Shown: positions 27,139-46,619, counted from the first letter of the stretch. The stretch is 64,000 nt of DNA from Anaeramoeba ignava BMAN (GCA_028826165.1 JAPDFW010000143.1:1-64000); one strand, 5' to 3'. Numbers and translations are program-made. Notes: a model not told the origin generated them from the letters alone.

Positions 27139-30100
27139 ATGTCGACAATTGGATTTGATTTTGGAACAGAAAAGTCTGTTGTTGCAATTGCTCAAAGTGG
27201 AGGAGTTGATGTTCTTCAAAATGAATTTTCTGAAAGAGAAACTTTGTAAGTTAATTTTTTTTTTAAATTTCAGCAAATAATCCAAAAAAAATCTATTATT
27301 AATAATTAATAAATAAATAATTAATATTAAATTAATAATTTATAATGAATATTAAATTGATTTTTATTTCTTTATTAGATCAATTATCCATTTTGAGTCA
27401 CATAAAAAAACTATTGGAACAAATGCTGAAAAATCAAGAATATCAAATCATGAAAATATTTTAATTTTAATGAAAAGAATGTTAGGCAAAAAAATAGATG
27501 AAGAAATAATTAAAAAATTAATAGAATCAACAAAATATTCAAATATAATTGAAGGAGAAAATAAAAGAATAGAATATCAAATTTCATATGGTGATTCAAC
27601 TAAAATTTTAAGTGCAGAACAAGCTACTGCAATTATGTTATCAAAATTACAAGAAATTGCACAATTTGATCATCAAACAAAAGAAACTGTTTTATCTGTA
27701 TATTTTTTTAATAACAAACAATTTTTCATTTTGAATTTGATTGTGCTTGTGATTTTGATTTTGATTTTGATTTTGATTTTGATTTCGATTTTGATTTTGA
27801 TTTCGATTTCGATTTTGATTTCGATTTTGATTTCGATTTCGATTTTGATTTCGATTTTGATTTCGATTTTGATTTCGATTTTGATTTTGATTTCGATTTC
27901 GATTTTGATTTCGATTTTGATTTCGATTTCGATTTCGATTTTGATTTTGAATTGAATATTAATTTAATTTAATTTAATTTGATTTGATTTAATTTAATTT
28001 AATTTAATTTGATTTGATTTAAATTAATTTAATTTAATTTGATTTAATTTAATTTAATTTAATTTAATTTTAATTTAATTTAATTTAATTTAATTTAATT
28101 TAATTTAATTTAATTTAATTTAATTTAATTTAATTTAATTTAATTTAATTTAATTTAATTTGATTTAATTTGATTTAATTTAATTTGATTTGATTTAATT
28201 AAATTTGATTTAATTTGATTTAATTTAATTTAATTTAATTTAATTTAATTTAATTTAATTTAATTTTAATTTAATTTAATTTGATTTTAATTTGATTTGA
28301 TTTAATTTTAATTTGATTTGATTTAAATTAATTTGATTTGATTTAAATTTAATTAATTTTGATTTGATTTAATGAATCGACTTGATTTCGGTTCAGAAAA
28401 AAAAAGATCTAAAACTAACTTTCCTAATTGAGTAATTTTGTGAAAATAAGAAGTTTTTTTTTGTTGATCAAAATAATGGAAAGAATTGAAAATTGAAAAT
28501 TGAATAAAAAAATAAAAATTAAAAATTAAAAATTATCGAATAAAAAAAAAACTAATTTAAATTGTAAAAAATAGTATCCAATTTATTTCACAGACAAACA
28601 AAGATGCGCATTAATCGATTCAGCAAAAATATCAGGGATTAATTTAGTAGGAATGATTAGCGAACCACTTGCAATATCAATCGCTTATGGTTTTCCAAAA
28701 AGAAATTTTCCTCCAATTAATCAAAAACCTTATAGAGTTTGTTTTGTTGATTTTGGAGCTTCTCATATAACTTCAACAATAACTGAATTTTGGCAAGGAA
28801 AAATGCAAATAATATCAACAGCATTTGATAATAATATTGGAGGTTATTCAATTGATAATATAATCTACAAAAAAGTTTCCGAAATGCTTTTTAATCAATT
28901 TGCAATTGATGTAAATAATTTGAAACATAAAATGCAGGTCAGATTGCTATTTAGTTGTATTTCATTAAAGAAGAAATTCAGTCGCAATCAAAAAGAAGCT
29001 GTTATTTTTGGAAATTTCACGGAAAATCAAGAAGTTTCATTAACATTTAAATTCGAAGATTTCGAACAAATAATTTCAAGCGAAATTGAAAAAGCAATTT
29101 CGGTTGTTGAAAAATCAATTATTCTTTCCAAGCTTGAGAAAGAAGAAATAGATTCAATAGAAATTGTTGGAGGATCATCAAGAATATTATTGTTTAAGAA
29201 AAAATTAACACAATTTTTTGGGAAGTCTTTATCAACAACAATGCACACCACCGAGTGTGTTGCGCGAGGATGCGCATATCATGCTGTATTAAAAAGCTCA
29301 CGTTTTGGAACCAAACCATTTGAATATTCGGATATTTATCCTTTTGGGGTTTCTTTGTCCTGGACAAGCGATGCCGAGGATATTCATAGTATTTTCACTC
29401 TCAATCCAATATCAGCATTCACTCTGGATTTGGTCCAACCATTTCAAGCAATTCCTGTTGTTTATCAAGTGCATTTGGTCAGGAATCTTAATTTTATTCT
29501 CCAAATTCAATATTCTTCGCATCAAATTAAACCTTTTGTTTTGGAGGAGCATCTTCAAGAAGACTTTATTTCCCAATATTTATTTTCTGTCCCAAAAAAT
29601 CAACAAAATCATGATCAACCCTCAAAAAATTCCATCGATGTTTTCTTCGAGATTGATTGCTTTTGGTCTTTTTAAGCTTCAAAAGGCCTCCGTTTATCAA
29701 TCCAACGAGTCTCTTTCTTCTCCAAAAATTATCCAAATTATCCCTCATTTTTATAAACAAACCGAACAGAAAAATGTTATTTTTCCAAATTATTTTTCTC
29801 AAAACGAAAAAGATTATAAGCAAATTGAAATGAAAGAAAATCACATCCAAGAAAACGAAATGAATTTACAAAAGAACAATCGTTCATTACAAAAGATATC
29901 GAATTTTATTGAAAAAGATCCACGATTAACAATTTTGAATGGAAATGAAAATCAAAATGAAAATCAAATTAAAATTAAAAATCAAAATCAAAATGAAAAT
30001 CAAAATTTGAATGAAAATAAAAATCAATACGAATATTTGAATCAATACTTCAATCAATACCAAGTATCAAAATTAGAGGAAATTCATCCGCTAAAAAATG

Positions 30101-30732
30101 AGAATGGAATGAAACAAGAACAACTCCAAAATTTAATCCAAGAAGAAATGGAAATGGAAAAAAATCATTCAGTTGTTCTTGAAACAGAAAACGCAAGAAA
30201 TGAACTTGAAAAATACGCATACACACTCAGAAAAGGATTTGAATATCAATGGACAACATATATAACTCAACAACATGTGAATTCGGTTCTTCCTCATATT
30301 ACAGACTTAATTGATTGGATTTACAGTGAGGGATACAACGAAACAAAGCAAGAATATCAAAAAAGATTGCAACAACTTCATTCTTTTGGAGATCCAATTG
30401 AAAATCGAAAATTGCAATTCGAAAATATTTCTGAAGGTTTCCAAAGTTTTTCAATCCTTTTAGATTCACATTTACAAAATGCAATTCAGCAAAATCAAAA
30501 TTTTTCCATTTCTCATGATGACTTCAAATTGATTCAAGACAAAACTTCCGAAATGAGACAATGGATTGAAGCTAAATCAAAAGAATTTTCTGTTTTCCCA
30601 ATGACTGAAGATCCTCCTTTTGATTCTTTAATTATTCTCCAAAAACAAAATGAATATGAGAAATTTTGTCAAAATATTTTAAATTCTGAACAACAAAAAA
30701 CAACAACAACAACAACAACAACAACTTTCTGA
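27139..30732 (+). CDS. Hsp110/SSE-type Hsp70 family protein, divergent; 3 exons; +1 T at ~29660
   Basis: MSTIGFDFGT..AIAQSGGVDVLQNEFSER; VDFGASH; IEIVGGSSRI; ECVARGCA; ETENARNELEKYAY; DWIYSEG..GDPI; intron 2 is 27698-28574. Confidence 0.85.
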
Positions 30733-31105
30733 ATTTCAAAAAGATTCAAAAAAAACAAAAAAACGTTCAAAAGATGAACAATCAAATCCTGTAAAAAAGA
30801 AAATGAAAGATAAAAAAAAATTATCACCTTTAAATACTTCTCCAACTTCAAATACTTTTGAAAATTATTCAGATTTAAATTTTGATTTAATTTCTTCAGA
30901 ACAAACAAAAAAAGAAGATTGAAAAGAAAAAAAAAAAACGAAATAAAAAATTTCTTTTCTTTTTTTTGGAATTAATAAACTTTTTTTTTTTTTGTAATTT
31001 TGTGATTAGAAAAATAAAAAAAAAAAACGAAAAAATTTTTTGCTTTTTGTTTTTAAAAAAATTTTAGTTAATGAAAAAAAAAAAAAAAAAAATGAAAGAA
31101 GTTTA

Positions 31106-36449
<5,344 letters not shown>

Positions 36450-36909
36450 TTTTTTTTTTTTAAAATGAAAAAAAAAGAAAAGAAGAGAAAAAAAAAGAAA
36501 AATGAAAAATGAAAAAAATGAAAAATGAAAAAAAAAAAAGGAAAAAATTATAAAAAAAAAAAAGAATGAATAAGAATGAAATTTAAAAAATGAAATTAAA
36601 AATGATATTAAAATTTTGAATTTGATTTTATTTTAAGTTTTTTTTGCCGGTTAGAAATAGAAAGAATTTCTCTTTTTTTTTTTGTAAAGAAAGATTGATC
36701 ATCTGCCGGAAAAAAAGATTTTATTTGTTGTTTTTTTTTTTGGATTGTTTTTGTTTTTGTTTTGTTTTTGTTTTTGTTTTTGTTTTTGTTTTGTTTTTGT
36801 TTTTGTTTTTGTTTTTGTTTTTGTTTTTGTTTTTGTATTTGTTTTTGTTTAAAATAATAATTTTTTTTTGGGAACTTTTCAAAAAAATTTTTTTTGGATT
36901 TAAATCAAT

Positions 36910-39580
36910 TTAATCTAAATGTTTGCTTAACCATTGAAAACCTTCACGATAACCCATTCTTTTCAAAACTGAGCACATAAAAACTTCAATTGGACGAACT
37001 CCATCTTCTTTTTTTTCATCTTTTCCAGTTGTCAATGTCAATCCTAAAGAACTTCTTAATTCTTCTTCTGAACAAGCAGTTGGTTCATCAATTTTATTTC
37101 CTAAAACTAAAAATGGCACTTTTTCTAATTCTCCAGATTTAAGTAATTCATCTAATTCTTTTTTTGCTTCTCCAAATCTATCTCTGTCATTGGCATCTAC
37201 CAAAAAAACAATTGCATCAACAGTTGTATAATAATCTTTCCATAATCTTCTTGCTATTTTTAATTTTTAATTTTTAAATAAATTTAATTTTAATTTTTAA
37301 ATGAATTTTAATTTTAATTTTAATTTTAATTTTAATTTTAATTTTAATATTAATTTTAAATTTTATTTTTAATTTTAATTATAATTATAATTTTAATTTT
37401 AATTTTAATTTTAATTTTAATTTTAATTTTAATTTTAATTTATAAATGAATTTTAATTTTAATTTTAATTTATAAATGGAATTTTAATTTTAATTTATAA
37501 ATGAATTTTAATTTTAATTTATAAATGAATTTTAATTTTAATTTTCAAATAAATTTATAAATGAATTTTAATTTTAATTTTCAAATAAATTTATAAATGA
37601 ATTTTAATTTTAATTTTAATTTTAATTTATAAATGAATTTTAATTTTAATTTATAAATGAATTTATAAATGAATTTTAATTTTAATTTATAAATGAATTT
37701 ATAAATGAATTTTAATTTTAATTTATAAATGAATTTATAAATGAATTTTAATTTTAATTTATAAATGAATTTTAATTTTAATTTATAAATAAATTTATAA
37801 ATGAATTTTAATTTTAATTTATAAATGAATTTTAATTTTAATTTATAAATAAATTTATAAATGAATTTTAATTTATAAATGAATTTTAATTTATAAATGA
37901 ATTTTAATTTTAATTTATAAATGAATTTATAAATGAATTTTAATTTTAATTTATAAATAAATTTATAAATGAATTTTAATTTTAATTTATAAATGAATTT
38001 ATAAATGAATTTTAATTTTAATTTTAATTTTAATTTTTAATTTATAAATGAATTTTAATTTTAATTTATAAATGAATTTTAATTTTAATTTATAAATGAA
38101 TTTTAATTTTAATTTATAAATGAATTTTAATTTTAATTTCAATTTTCAAATGAATTTATAAATGAATTTTAATTTTAATTTTAATTTTAATTTTAATTTT
38201 AATATTAATTTTAATTTTAATTTTAATTTTTAATTTTAATTTTAATTTATAAATGAATTTTAATTTATAAATGAATTTTAATTTATAAATGAATTTTAAT
38301 TTTAATTTTAATTTTAATTTTTTAATTTTAATATTAATTTTAATTTTAATTTTTAATTTTAATTTTAATTTTAATTTATAAATGAATTTTTAATTTATAA
38401 ATGAATTTTAATTTATAAATGAATTTTTAATTTATAAATGAATTTTTAATTTATAAATGAATTTTAATTTATAAATGAATTTTAATTTATAAATGAATTT
38501 TTAATTTTAATTTTAATTTTAATTTATAAATGAATTTTGATTTTAATTTTAATTTATAAATGAATTTTAATTTTAATTTATAAATGAATTTTAATTTATA
38601 ATTTTCAAATAAATTTATAAATGAATTTTAATTTTAATTTTAATTTTAATTTTAATATTAATTTTAATTTTAATTTTAATTTAATTTTAAATTTAATTTT
38701 AATTTTTAATTTTAATTTTAATTTAATTTTAATTTTAATTTTAATTTTAATTTTAATTTTTAATTTTAATTTTAATTTTAATTTTAATTTTAATTTTAAT
38801 TTATAAATGAATTTTAATTTTAATTTCTATTTCATTTTTCAAATAAATTTATAAATGAATTTTAATTTTTAAATTTAATTTTAATTTTAATTTTAATTTT
38901 AATTTTAATTTTAATTTTAATTTTAATTATAATATTAATTTTAATTTTAATATTAATTTTTAATTTATAAATGAATTTTAATTTTAATTTATAAATGAAT
39001 TTTAATTTTATTTTAAATTTTATTTTAATTTTGATTTATAAATGAATTTATAAATTAATTTTAATTTTAAATTTTAATTTTAATTTTAATTTTAATTTTA
39101 ATTTATAAATGAATTTATAAATGAATTTTAATTTCTATTTCATTTTTAATGTTAAATTTCCATTCTAAAATTTTGATTGTTTGAATTTTATAAAAGAAAA
39201 AAACTTTCAATAAACAAAAATAAAATAAATTAAATTAAAATAAAAATTAAATAAATAATACCATCTTCATGACCACCAAGATCAAAAGCTTGGAATTTAA
39301 TTTTATCAATAGTAAGTTCTTCCATTGCTAAAAAGGAAAAAAAAAAGGAAAAAGAAAAAAATTTTTTGTTTTTAATTTTAAAAAAAAAATTTTATATTAA
39401 ATTTAATTCAAAAATACTTGGATGTAAAGTTGGTTCATGTTGAATCATAACGCTTTCTTTTAACATATGCATTAATGTTGTTTTTCCTGCGTTATCTAAT
39501 CCAAGAAATAATATTTTTGCAGATTTATTTGTTAATCCTAAATAATTCAATAAATCAAAAAACCAATTTATCAAAAACAT
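36910..39580 (-). CDS. SAR1: Sar1 COPII GTPase, 3 exons
   Basis: [60 protein letters not shown]. Confidence 0.97.
37254..39261 (-). repeat. Sar1 intron 2 (2 kb) with TTTATAAATGAATTTTAAT-type satellite
   Basis: GTATTA...ATAG boundaries on the minus strand, tandem units. Confidence 0.85.
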
Positions 39581-39665
39581 TTAAAAACAAATTTAAAAAA
39601 AAAAAATGAAAAAATGAAAAAAATGAAAAAATGAAAAATGAAAAATGAAAAAATGAAAAAAAAAT
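39581..39665 (-). promoter_or_regulatory. Tandem TCATTTT initiator-like motifs upstream of the Sar1 ATG
   Basis: About seven ATGAAAAA copies on + (TTTTTCAT on the sense strand) immediately 5' of the start; the same pattern precedes most genes. Confidence 0.6.
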
Positions 39666-39783
39666 TTTTTTTGAAGAAGAAAAATTCGTGTTTTCTTTTT
39701 TATTCCTTTCATGTTTTTTTTATTTTTTTATTTAAATCAAAAAAAAAATGTCAAAAATAGAATTAATTTTCATTTTTGATTTT

Positions 39784-42700
39784 TCATTTTTGATTTTGGA
39801 AAATTTGAAAAAATGAAAATCCGATTTGTTTTGGTTCTTCTTTTGATTTATCTGGAAAGATTTGTTTTGCTTCTTCTTTTAATTTATTGCAATTTTCTAA
39901 TTCTTTGTCAATTTGTTCATTTAATTCTTGTTTATCTTGAGAAAGTTGATTTTCGAATTTTTTTATTTCTTCTAAATTTTGATTAATTACTAAATCAATA
40001 TCTTTTATATTTTTATGTTTTTGATCAATTCGTGAAAAATCATATTCTATATTTGAAATATCATACATTGATAAACAAGATTCTGCGATTTGATTGAATG
40101 TTTCTTCAAAATAATTCAAATCAATTTGTTCTTCCATTTCTGAATATTGATTTAATATTGATTCAGTTTCTCTTAAACATTCATTTATTTGATAAATTAA
40201 ATTTTGATTTTTTCTGATTTTTTCTTTTTTTTGAATTTTTGCTTGTTCAGCTTCTATTCTTTGTTTATTATCAATATCATTTTCATTTTGATTTTGATTT
40301 TGATTTTGATTTTGATTTTGATTTTGATTTTGATATTGATTTTGATTTTGATTTTGATTTTGATTTTGATTTTGATTTTGATTTTGATTTTGATTTTGAT
40401 TTTGATTTTGATTTTGATTTTGATTTTGATTTTGATTTTGATTTTGATTTTGATTTTGATATTGATTTTGATTTTGATTTTCATTTTGATTTTCATTTTG
40501 ATTTTCATTTTTGTGTTTCATTTTGTGTTTCATTTTGTGTTTCATTTTGTGTTTCATTTTGTATTTCATCTTGTATTTCATTTTGTATTTCATTTTGTGT
40601 TTCATTTTGTGTTTCATTTTGTGTTTCATCTTGTATTTCATCTTGTATTTCATTTTGTGTTTCATTTTGTGTTTCATTTTGTGTTTCATTTTGTATTTCA
40701 TTTTGTGTTTCATTTTGTGTTTCATTTTGTGTTTCATTTTGTGTTTCATTTTGTGTTTCATCTTGTGTTTCATCTTGTGTTTCATTTTGTGTTTCATTTT
40801 GTGTTTCATTTTGTGTTTTTGATTTATTATCTTCTTCTTTTTCATTTTCAGTAATAATTTCATTTTGTTCTTTGTTGTCTTTATCTGTTTCATTTCCTGT
40901 TATTTGTTTATTATCTTTATCTTTTTCTTTTTCTTTTTCTTTTTCTTCATTATTATTTTCTGTTTTATCTTCTGTTTCTTCTGCTTTATCTTCTGTTTGA
41001 TTTTGTGTTTGATTTTGATTTTGATTTTGATTTTGATTTTGATTTTGATTTTGATTTTGATTTTGAATTTGAATTTGATTTATATTTTCATTTTGTTCAT
41101 TATCATTTTCTGTTTCATTTTGTTCATTTTGTTCATTTTGTTCATTGATATCATTATCTTCTTGATTTGGTTCATTTTTATTTTGTTTATTATTTTGTTC
41201 ATTATTATCTTTATTTTCTTTATCTTTATTATCTTTTTCTTTTTCTTTTTCTTTTTCTTTTTCTTTTTCATTAATAATTTCATTTTGTTCTTTGTTGTCT
41301 TTATCTGTTTTATTTCCTGTTATTTGTTTATTATCTTTATCTTTTTCTTTTTCTTTTTCTTTTTCTTCATTATCATTTTCTGCTTTATCTTCTGTTTGAT
41401 TTTGTGTTTGATTTTGGTTTTGATTTTGATTTTGATTTTGATTTTGATTTTGATTTTGATTTTGATCTTCTGTTTCTTGTTTATTATCTTCTGTTTCTGA
41501 TTCATTATCATTTTCTGTTTCATTTTGTTCATTTTGTTCATTTTGTTCATTGATATCATTATCTTCTTGATTTGGTTCATTTTTATTTTGTTTATTATTT
41601 TGTTTATTATTATCTTTATTTTCTTTATTATCTTTATCTTTATCTTTATTATCTTCTTTTTCTTTTTCATTTTCATTAATAATTTCATTTTGTTCTTTGT
41701 TGTCTTTATCTGTTTTATTTCCTGTTATTTGTTTATTATCTTTATCTTTTTCTTTTTCTTTTTCTTTTTCTTCATTATTATTTTCTGCTTTATCTTCTGT
41801 TTGATTTTGTGTTTGATTTTGTGTTTGATTTTGATTTTGATCTTCTGTTTTTTGTTTATTATCTTCTGTTTCTTGTTTATTATCTTCTGTTTCTTGTTTA
41901 TTATCTTTATATTTATCTTTTTCATTTTGTTCATTTTGTTCATTGATACCATTATCTTCTTGATTTGGTTCATTTTTATTTTGTTTATTATTTTGTTTAT
42001 TATTTTGTTCATTATCTTTATCTTTATCTTTATTATCTTTTTCTTTTTCTTTTTCATTTTCATTTTGATTTTCATTTTGTGTTTGAATTTGAATTTGATT
42101 TTGAATTTGAATTTGAATTTGATTTATATTTTCATTTTGTTCATTATCATTTTCTGTTTCATTTTGATTTTGATTTTGATTTTGATTTTCATTAACAATT
42201 TCATTTTGTTTATTATTATCTTTATCTTGTATTTCATCTTGTATTTCATCTTGTATTTCATTTTGTGTTTCATTTTGTGTTTTTGATTTATTATCTTCTT
42301 CTTTTTCTTGAGTTTCAATAATTTGATTTTGTTTATTATCCTCTTCTTCTTTTTCATTTTCATTTTCTTTAATAATTTCATTTTGTTCTTTGTTGTCTTT
42401 ATCTGTTTTATTTCCTGTTATTTGTTTATTATCTTTATCTTTATATTTTTCTTTTTCTTCATTATCATTTTCTGCTTTATCTTCTGTTTGATTTTGTTTT
42501 TGATTTTGATTTTGATCTTCTGTTTTTTGTTTATTATCTTCTGTTTCTTGTTTATTATCTTCTGTTTCTTGTTTATTATCTTGTGTTTCTGATTTATTAT
42601 ATTTATCTTTTTCATTTTGTTCATTTTGTTTATTATTATCTTTATCTTGTATTTGATCTTGTATTTGATCTTGTATTTCATTTTGTGTTTCATCTTGTGT

Positions 42701-45115
42701 TTCATCTTGTGTTTCATCTTGTGTTTCATTTTGTGTTTCATCTTGTGTTTCATTTTGTGTTTTTGATTTATTATCTTCTTCTTTTTCTTGAGTTTCAATA
42801 ATTTGATTTTGTTTATTATCCTCTTCTTCTTTTTCATTTTCATTTTCTTTAATAATTTCATTTTGTTCTTTGTTGTCTTTATCTGTTTTATTTCCTGTTA
42901 TTTGTTTATTATCTTTATCTTTATATTTTTCTTTTTCTTCATTATCATTTTCTGCTTTATCTTCTGTTTGATTTTGTTTTTGATTTTGATTTTGATTTTG
43001 ATCTTCTGTTTCTTGTTTATTATCTTCTGTTTCTTGTTTATTATCTTCTGTTTCTTGTTTATTATCTTTATATTTATCTTTTTCATTTTGTTCATTTTGT
43101 TCATTGATATCATTATCTTCTTGATTTGGTTCATTTTCATTTTGTTTATTATTTTGTTCATTATTATCTTTATTTTCTTTATCTTTATTATCTTCTTTTT
43201 CTTTTTCATTTTCTTTTTCATTTTCATTTTCATTTTGATTTTGATTTTGATTTTGATTTTGATTTTGATTTTGATTTTCTGTTTCTTGTTTATTATCTTG
43301 TGTTTCTGATTTATTATCTTTATCTTTTTCATTTTGTTCATTTTGTTCATTTTGTTCATTTTGTTCATTTTGTTCATTGATATCATTATCTTCTTGATTT
43401 GGTTCATTTTCTGTTATTTGTTTATTATCTTTATCTTTATCTTTATCTTTTTCTTTTTCTTTTTCTTTTTCTTCATTATCATTTTCTGTTTTATCTGCTG
43501 TTTCTTCTGCTTTATCTTCTGTTTGATTTTGTGTTTGATTTTGTGTTTGATTTTGATTTTGATTTTGATCTTCTGTTTCTTGTTTATTATCTTCTGTTTC
43601 TGATTTATTATCTTTATATTTATCTTTTTCATTTTGTTCATTTTGTTCATTTTGTTCATTTTGTTCATTTTGTTCATTTTGTTCATTGATATCATTATCT
43701 TCTTGATTTGATTCATTTTTATTTTGATTATTATTTTGTTCATTATTATCTTTATTATCTTTATCTTTATTTTCTTTATCTTTATTATCTTCATTTTCAT
43801 TTTGATTTTCATTTTGTTCTTTGTTGTCTTTATCTGTTTTATTTCCTGTTATTTGTTTATTATCTTTTTCTTTTTCTTTTTCTTCATTATCATTTTCTGC
43901 TTTATCTTCTGTTTGATTTTGTGTTTTATTTTGATCTTCTGTTTTTTGTTTATTATCTTCTGTTTCTTGTTTATTATCTTCTGTTTCTGATTTATTATCT
44001 TTATATTTATCTTTTTCATTTTGTTCATTTTGTTCATTGATATCATTATCTTCTTGATTTGGTTCATTTTCATTTTGTTTATTATTTTGTTTATTATTAT
44101 CTTTATTTTCTTTATCTTTATTTTTATTATCTTCTTTTTCTTTTTCTTTTTCTTTTTCTTTTTCTTTTTCATTTTCAGTAATAATTTCATTTTGTTCTTT
44201 GTTGTCTTTATCTGTTTTATTTCCTGTTATTTGTTTATTATCTTTTTCTTTTTCTTTTTCTTTTTCTTCATTATCATTTTCTGCTTTATCTTCTGTTTCT
44301 TCTGCTTTATCTTCTGTTTGATTTTGTGTTTGATTTTGATTTTGATTTTGATTTTGATTTTGAGTTTTGATTTTGACTTTTGATTTTTGATTTTGATCTT
44401 CTGTTTCTTGTTTATTATCTTCTGTTTCTTGTTTATTATCTTCTGTTTCTGATTTATTATCTTGTGTTTCTGATTTATTATATTTATCTTTTTCATTTTG
44501 TTCATTGATATCATTATCTTCTTGATTTGGTTCATTTTCATTTTGTTTATTATTTTGTTCATTATTATCTTTATTTTCTTTATCTTTATTTTCTTTTTCT
44601 TTTTCATTTTCATTAATAATTTCATTTTGTTCTTTGTTGTCTTTATCTGTTTTATTTCCTGTTATTTGTTTATTATCTTTATCTTTATCTTTTTCTTTTT
44701 CTTTTTCTTTTTCTTTATTATCATTTTCTGCTTTATCTTCTGTTTGATTTTGTGTTTGATTTTGATTTTGATTTTGATTTTGATTTTGATTTTGATTTTG
44801 ATTTTGATTTTGATTTTGATTTTGATCTTCTGTTTCTTGTTTATTATCTTCTGTTTCTGATTTATTATCTTTATATTTATCTTTTTCATTTTGTTCATTT
44901 TGTTCATTGATATCATTATCTTCTTGATTTGATTCATTTTCATTTTGTTTATTATTTTGTTTATTATCTTTATCTTTATCTTTATTATTATCTTTATCTT
45001 TTTTTTCATTTTCATTTTCATTTTCATTAATAGTTGTATTTTGTGTTGTGTTTTCTGTTGTGTTTTGTGTTGTGTTTTGTGTTTTTGGTTTATTTTTTTT
45101 ATTTATCGTTTCCAT
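39784..45115 (-). CDS. Very large N/E/K/Q/D-rich repetitive protein with a C-terminal coiled-coil region; slip near 40508
   Basis: Stop-free 1.5k-aa frame from METINKK; recurring modules EPNQEDNDINEQ and KQITGNKTDKDNKEQNEII; unique tail in ORF 39784-40893. Confidence 0.7.
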
Positions 45116-45195
45116 TTTAAAAATGAAAAAAAATGAAAAAAATGAAAAAAAAAATTTGCAAAAAAACAAAAAAAAAACAAAAACAAAAATAACAT

Positions 45196-46544
45196 CTACC
45201 ATTTTTGTGTATGAACTTTAGTTTTAAATAACAAAATTGACATTGTTCCAACCATAAAATAAATCATATGATTTTCCATTGAAGTGACATTTGCACCAAA
45301 ATGTTGACCAACAATACAATTCCAAGATTTTCCATATTTTGTATCAAATGATTGTTTAATATATTGAGCAACTTCTTGTTCTGAATTCATTTTAGTGTAT
45401 AATGCGTTAATAGCTGTTCTTACTGCATCATTTTGCATATCTGGTGGCATGTCAACTGAATTAATCATAACAAACATGACAGGAACCATTGATGTCTTGT
45501 TAGTTGTTGTTTCTGTTTCTAAAAAAATTTTGATTTTGATTTTAATATTAATTTCGGAAAAAAATTTTAATTTTAATTATAATTTTAATTTTAATTTTAA
45601 TTTTAATTTTAATTTTAATTTCAATTTTAATTTTAATTTTAATTTTAATTTTAATTTTAATTTTAATTTTAATTTTAATTTTAATTTTAATTATAATTTT
45701 AATTTTAATTTTAATATTAATTTTAATTTTAATTTTAATTTTAATTTTAATTATAATTTTAATTTTGATTTTAATATTAATTTCAATTTTAATTTTAATA
45801 TTAATTTTGATTTTAATTTTAATTTTAATTTTAAAATGAATTTTAATTTTTAATTTTAATTTTAATTTTAATTTTAATTTTAATTTCAATATTAATTTCA
45901 ATTTTAATTTTAATATTAATTTTGATTTTAATTTTAATTTTAATTTTAATTTTAATTTTAATTTTAATTTTAATTTTAATTTTAATTTTAATTTTAATTT
46001 TAATTTTAATTTTAATTTTGATTTTAATATCAATTTTAATTATAATTTTAATTTTAATTTTAATTTTAATTTTAATTTTAATTTTAATTTTAATTTTAAT
46101 TTTAATTTTAATTTTAATTTTAATTTTAATATTAATATTAATTCTACCTTTAGATTCATTTCTTTCAATTTTTTGTAAAGAAGTTTTTTGAGGAGAATAA
46201 ATATAATCATCATTCAATTTTTGAGGTTTTGGAGAATTAGCAACTTTCCACAACATATCAGAATTTCTACTTATAACAACTTGTTCGACATTTTCTGGTT
46301 TAGAACTAAGAAGGGAAGTCATAGACTTTGAAATAACAAGATCTTGAGGTCTCAAAAATTTGAAGCAATATGGACATTTTGCTACTCCTCCATTGTTCTG
46401 TATGTGAGCTAGGAATGTTTGATGATCGAAACAATCAAAATGATTGCATTTTGTTCCTCTTACTGGTGTTCGAATTCGCTCTCCGTTTAGTGGATCTAAT
46501 AATGATACTACGTATTGTAATTCATCTTTTTTTTCAAATTCCAT
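45196..46544 (-). CDS. SP-RING (zf-MIZ) - dynein light chain LC8 fusion protein, 239 aa, 2 exons
   Basis: Exon 46148-46544 (397 nt) + exon 45196-45518 (323 nt) join in frame over GTAGAA...TTAG intron 45519-46147; SP-RING and LC8 motifs both present. Confidence 0.85.
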
Positions 46545-46619
46545 TTTTGAGAAAAGAAAAAAATGATTTCCAAAAATTGAAAAAAATAAATTTAAATTAA
46601 ATTAAAATTAAATCAAAAT

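Noticed and set aside
28370-28490. Complex island in the Hsp110 intron as a snoRNA (U14-like)
   Set aside because: No RUGAUGA box C or CUGA box D on the sense strand; resemblance too weak
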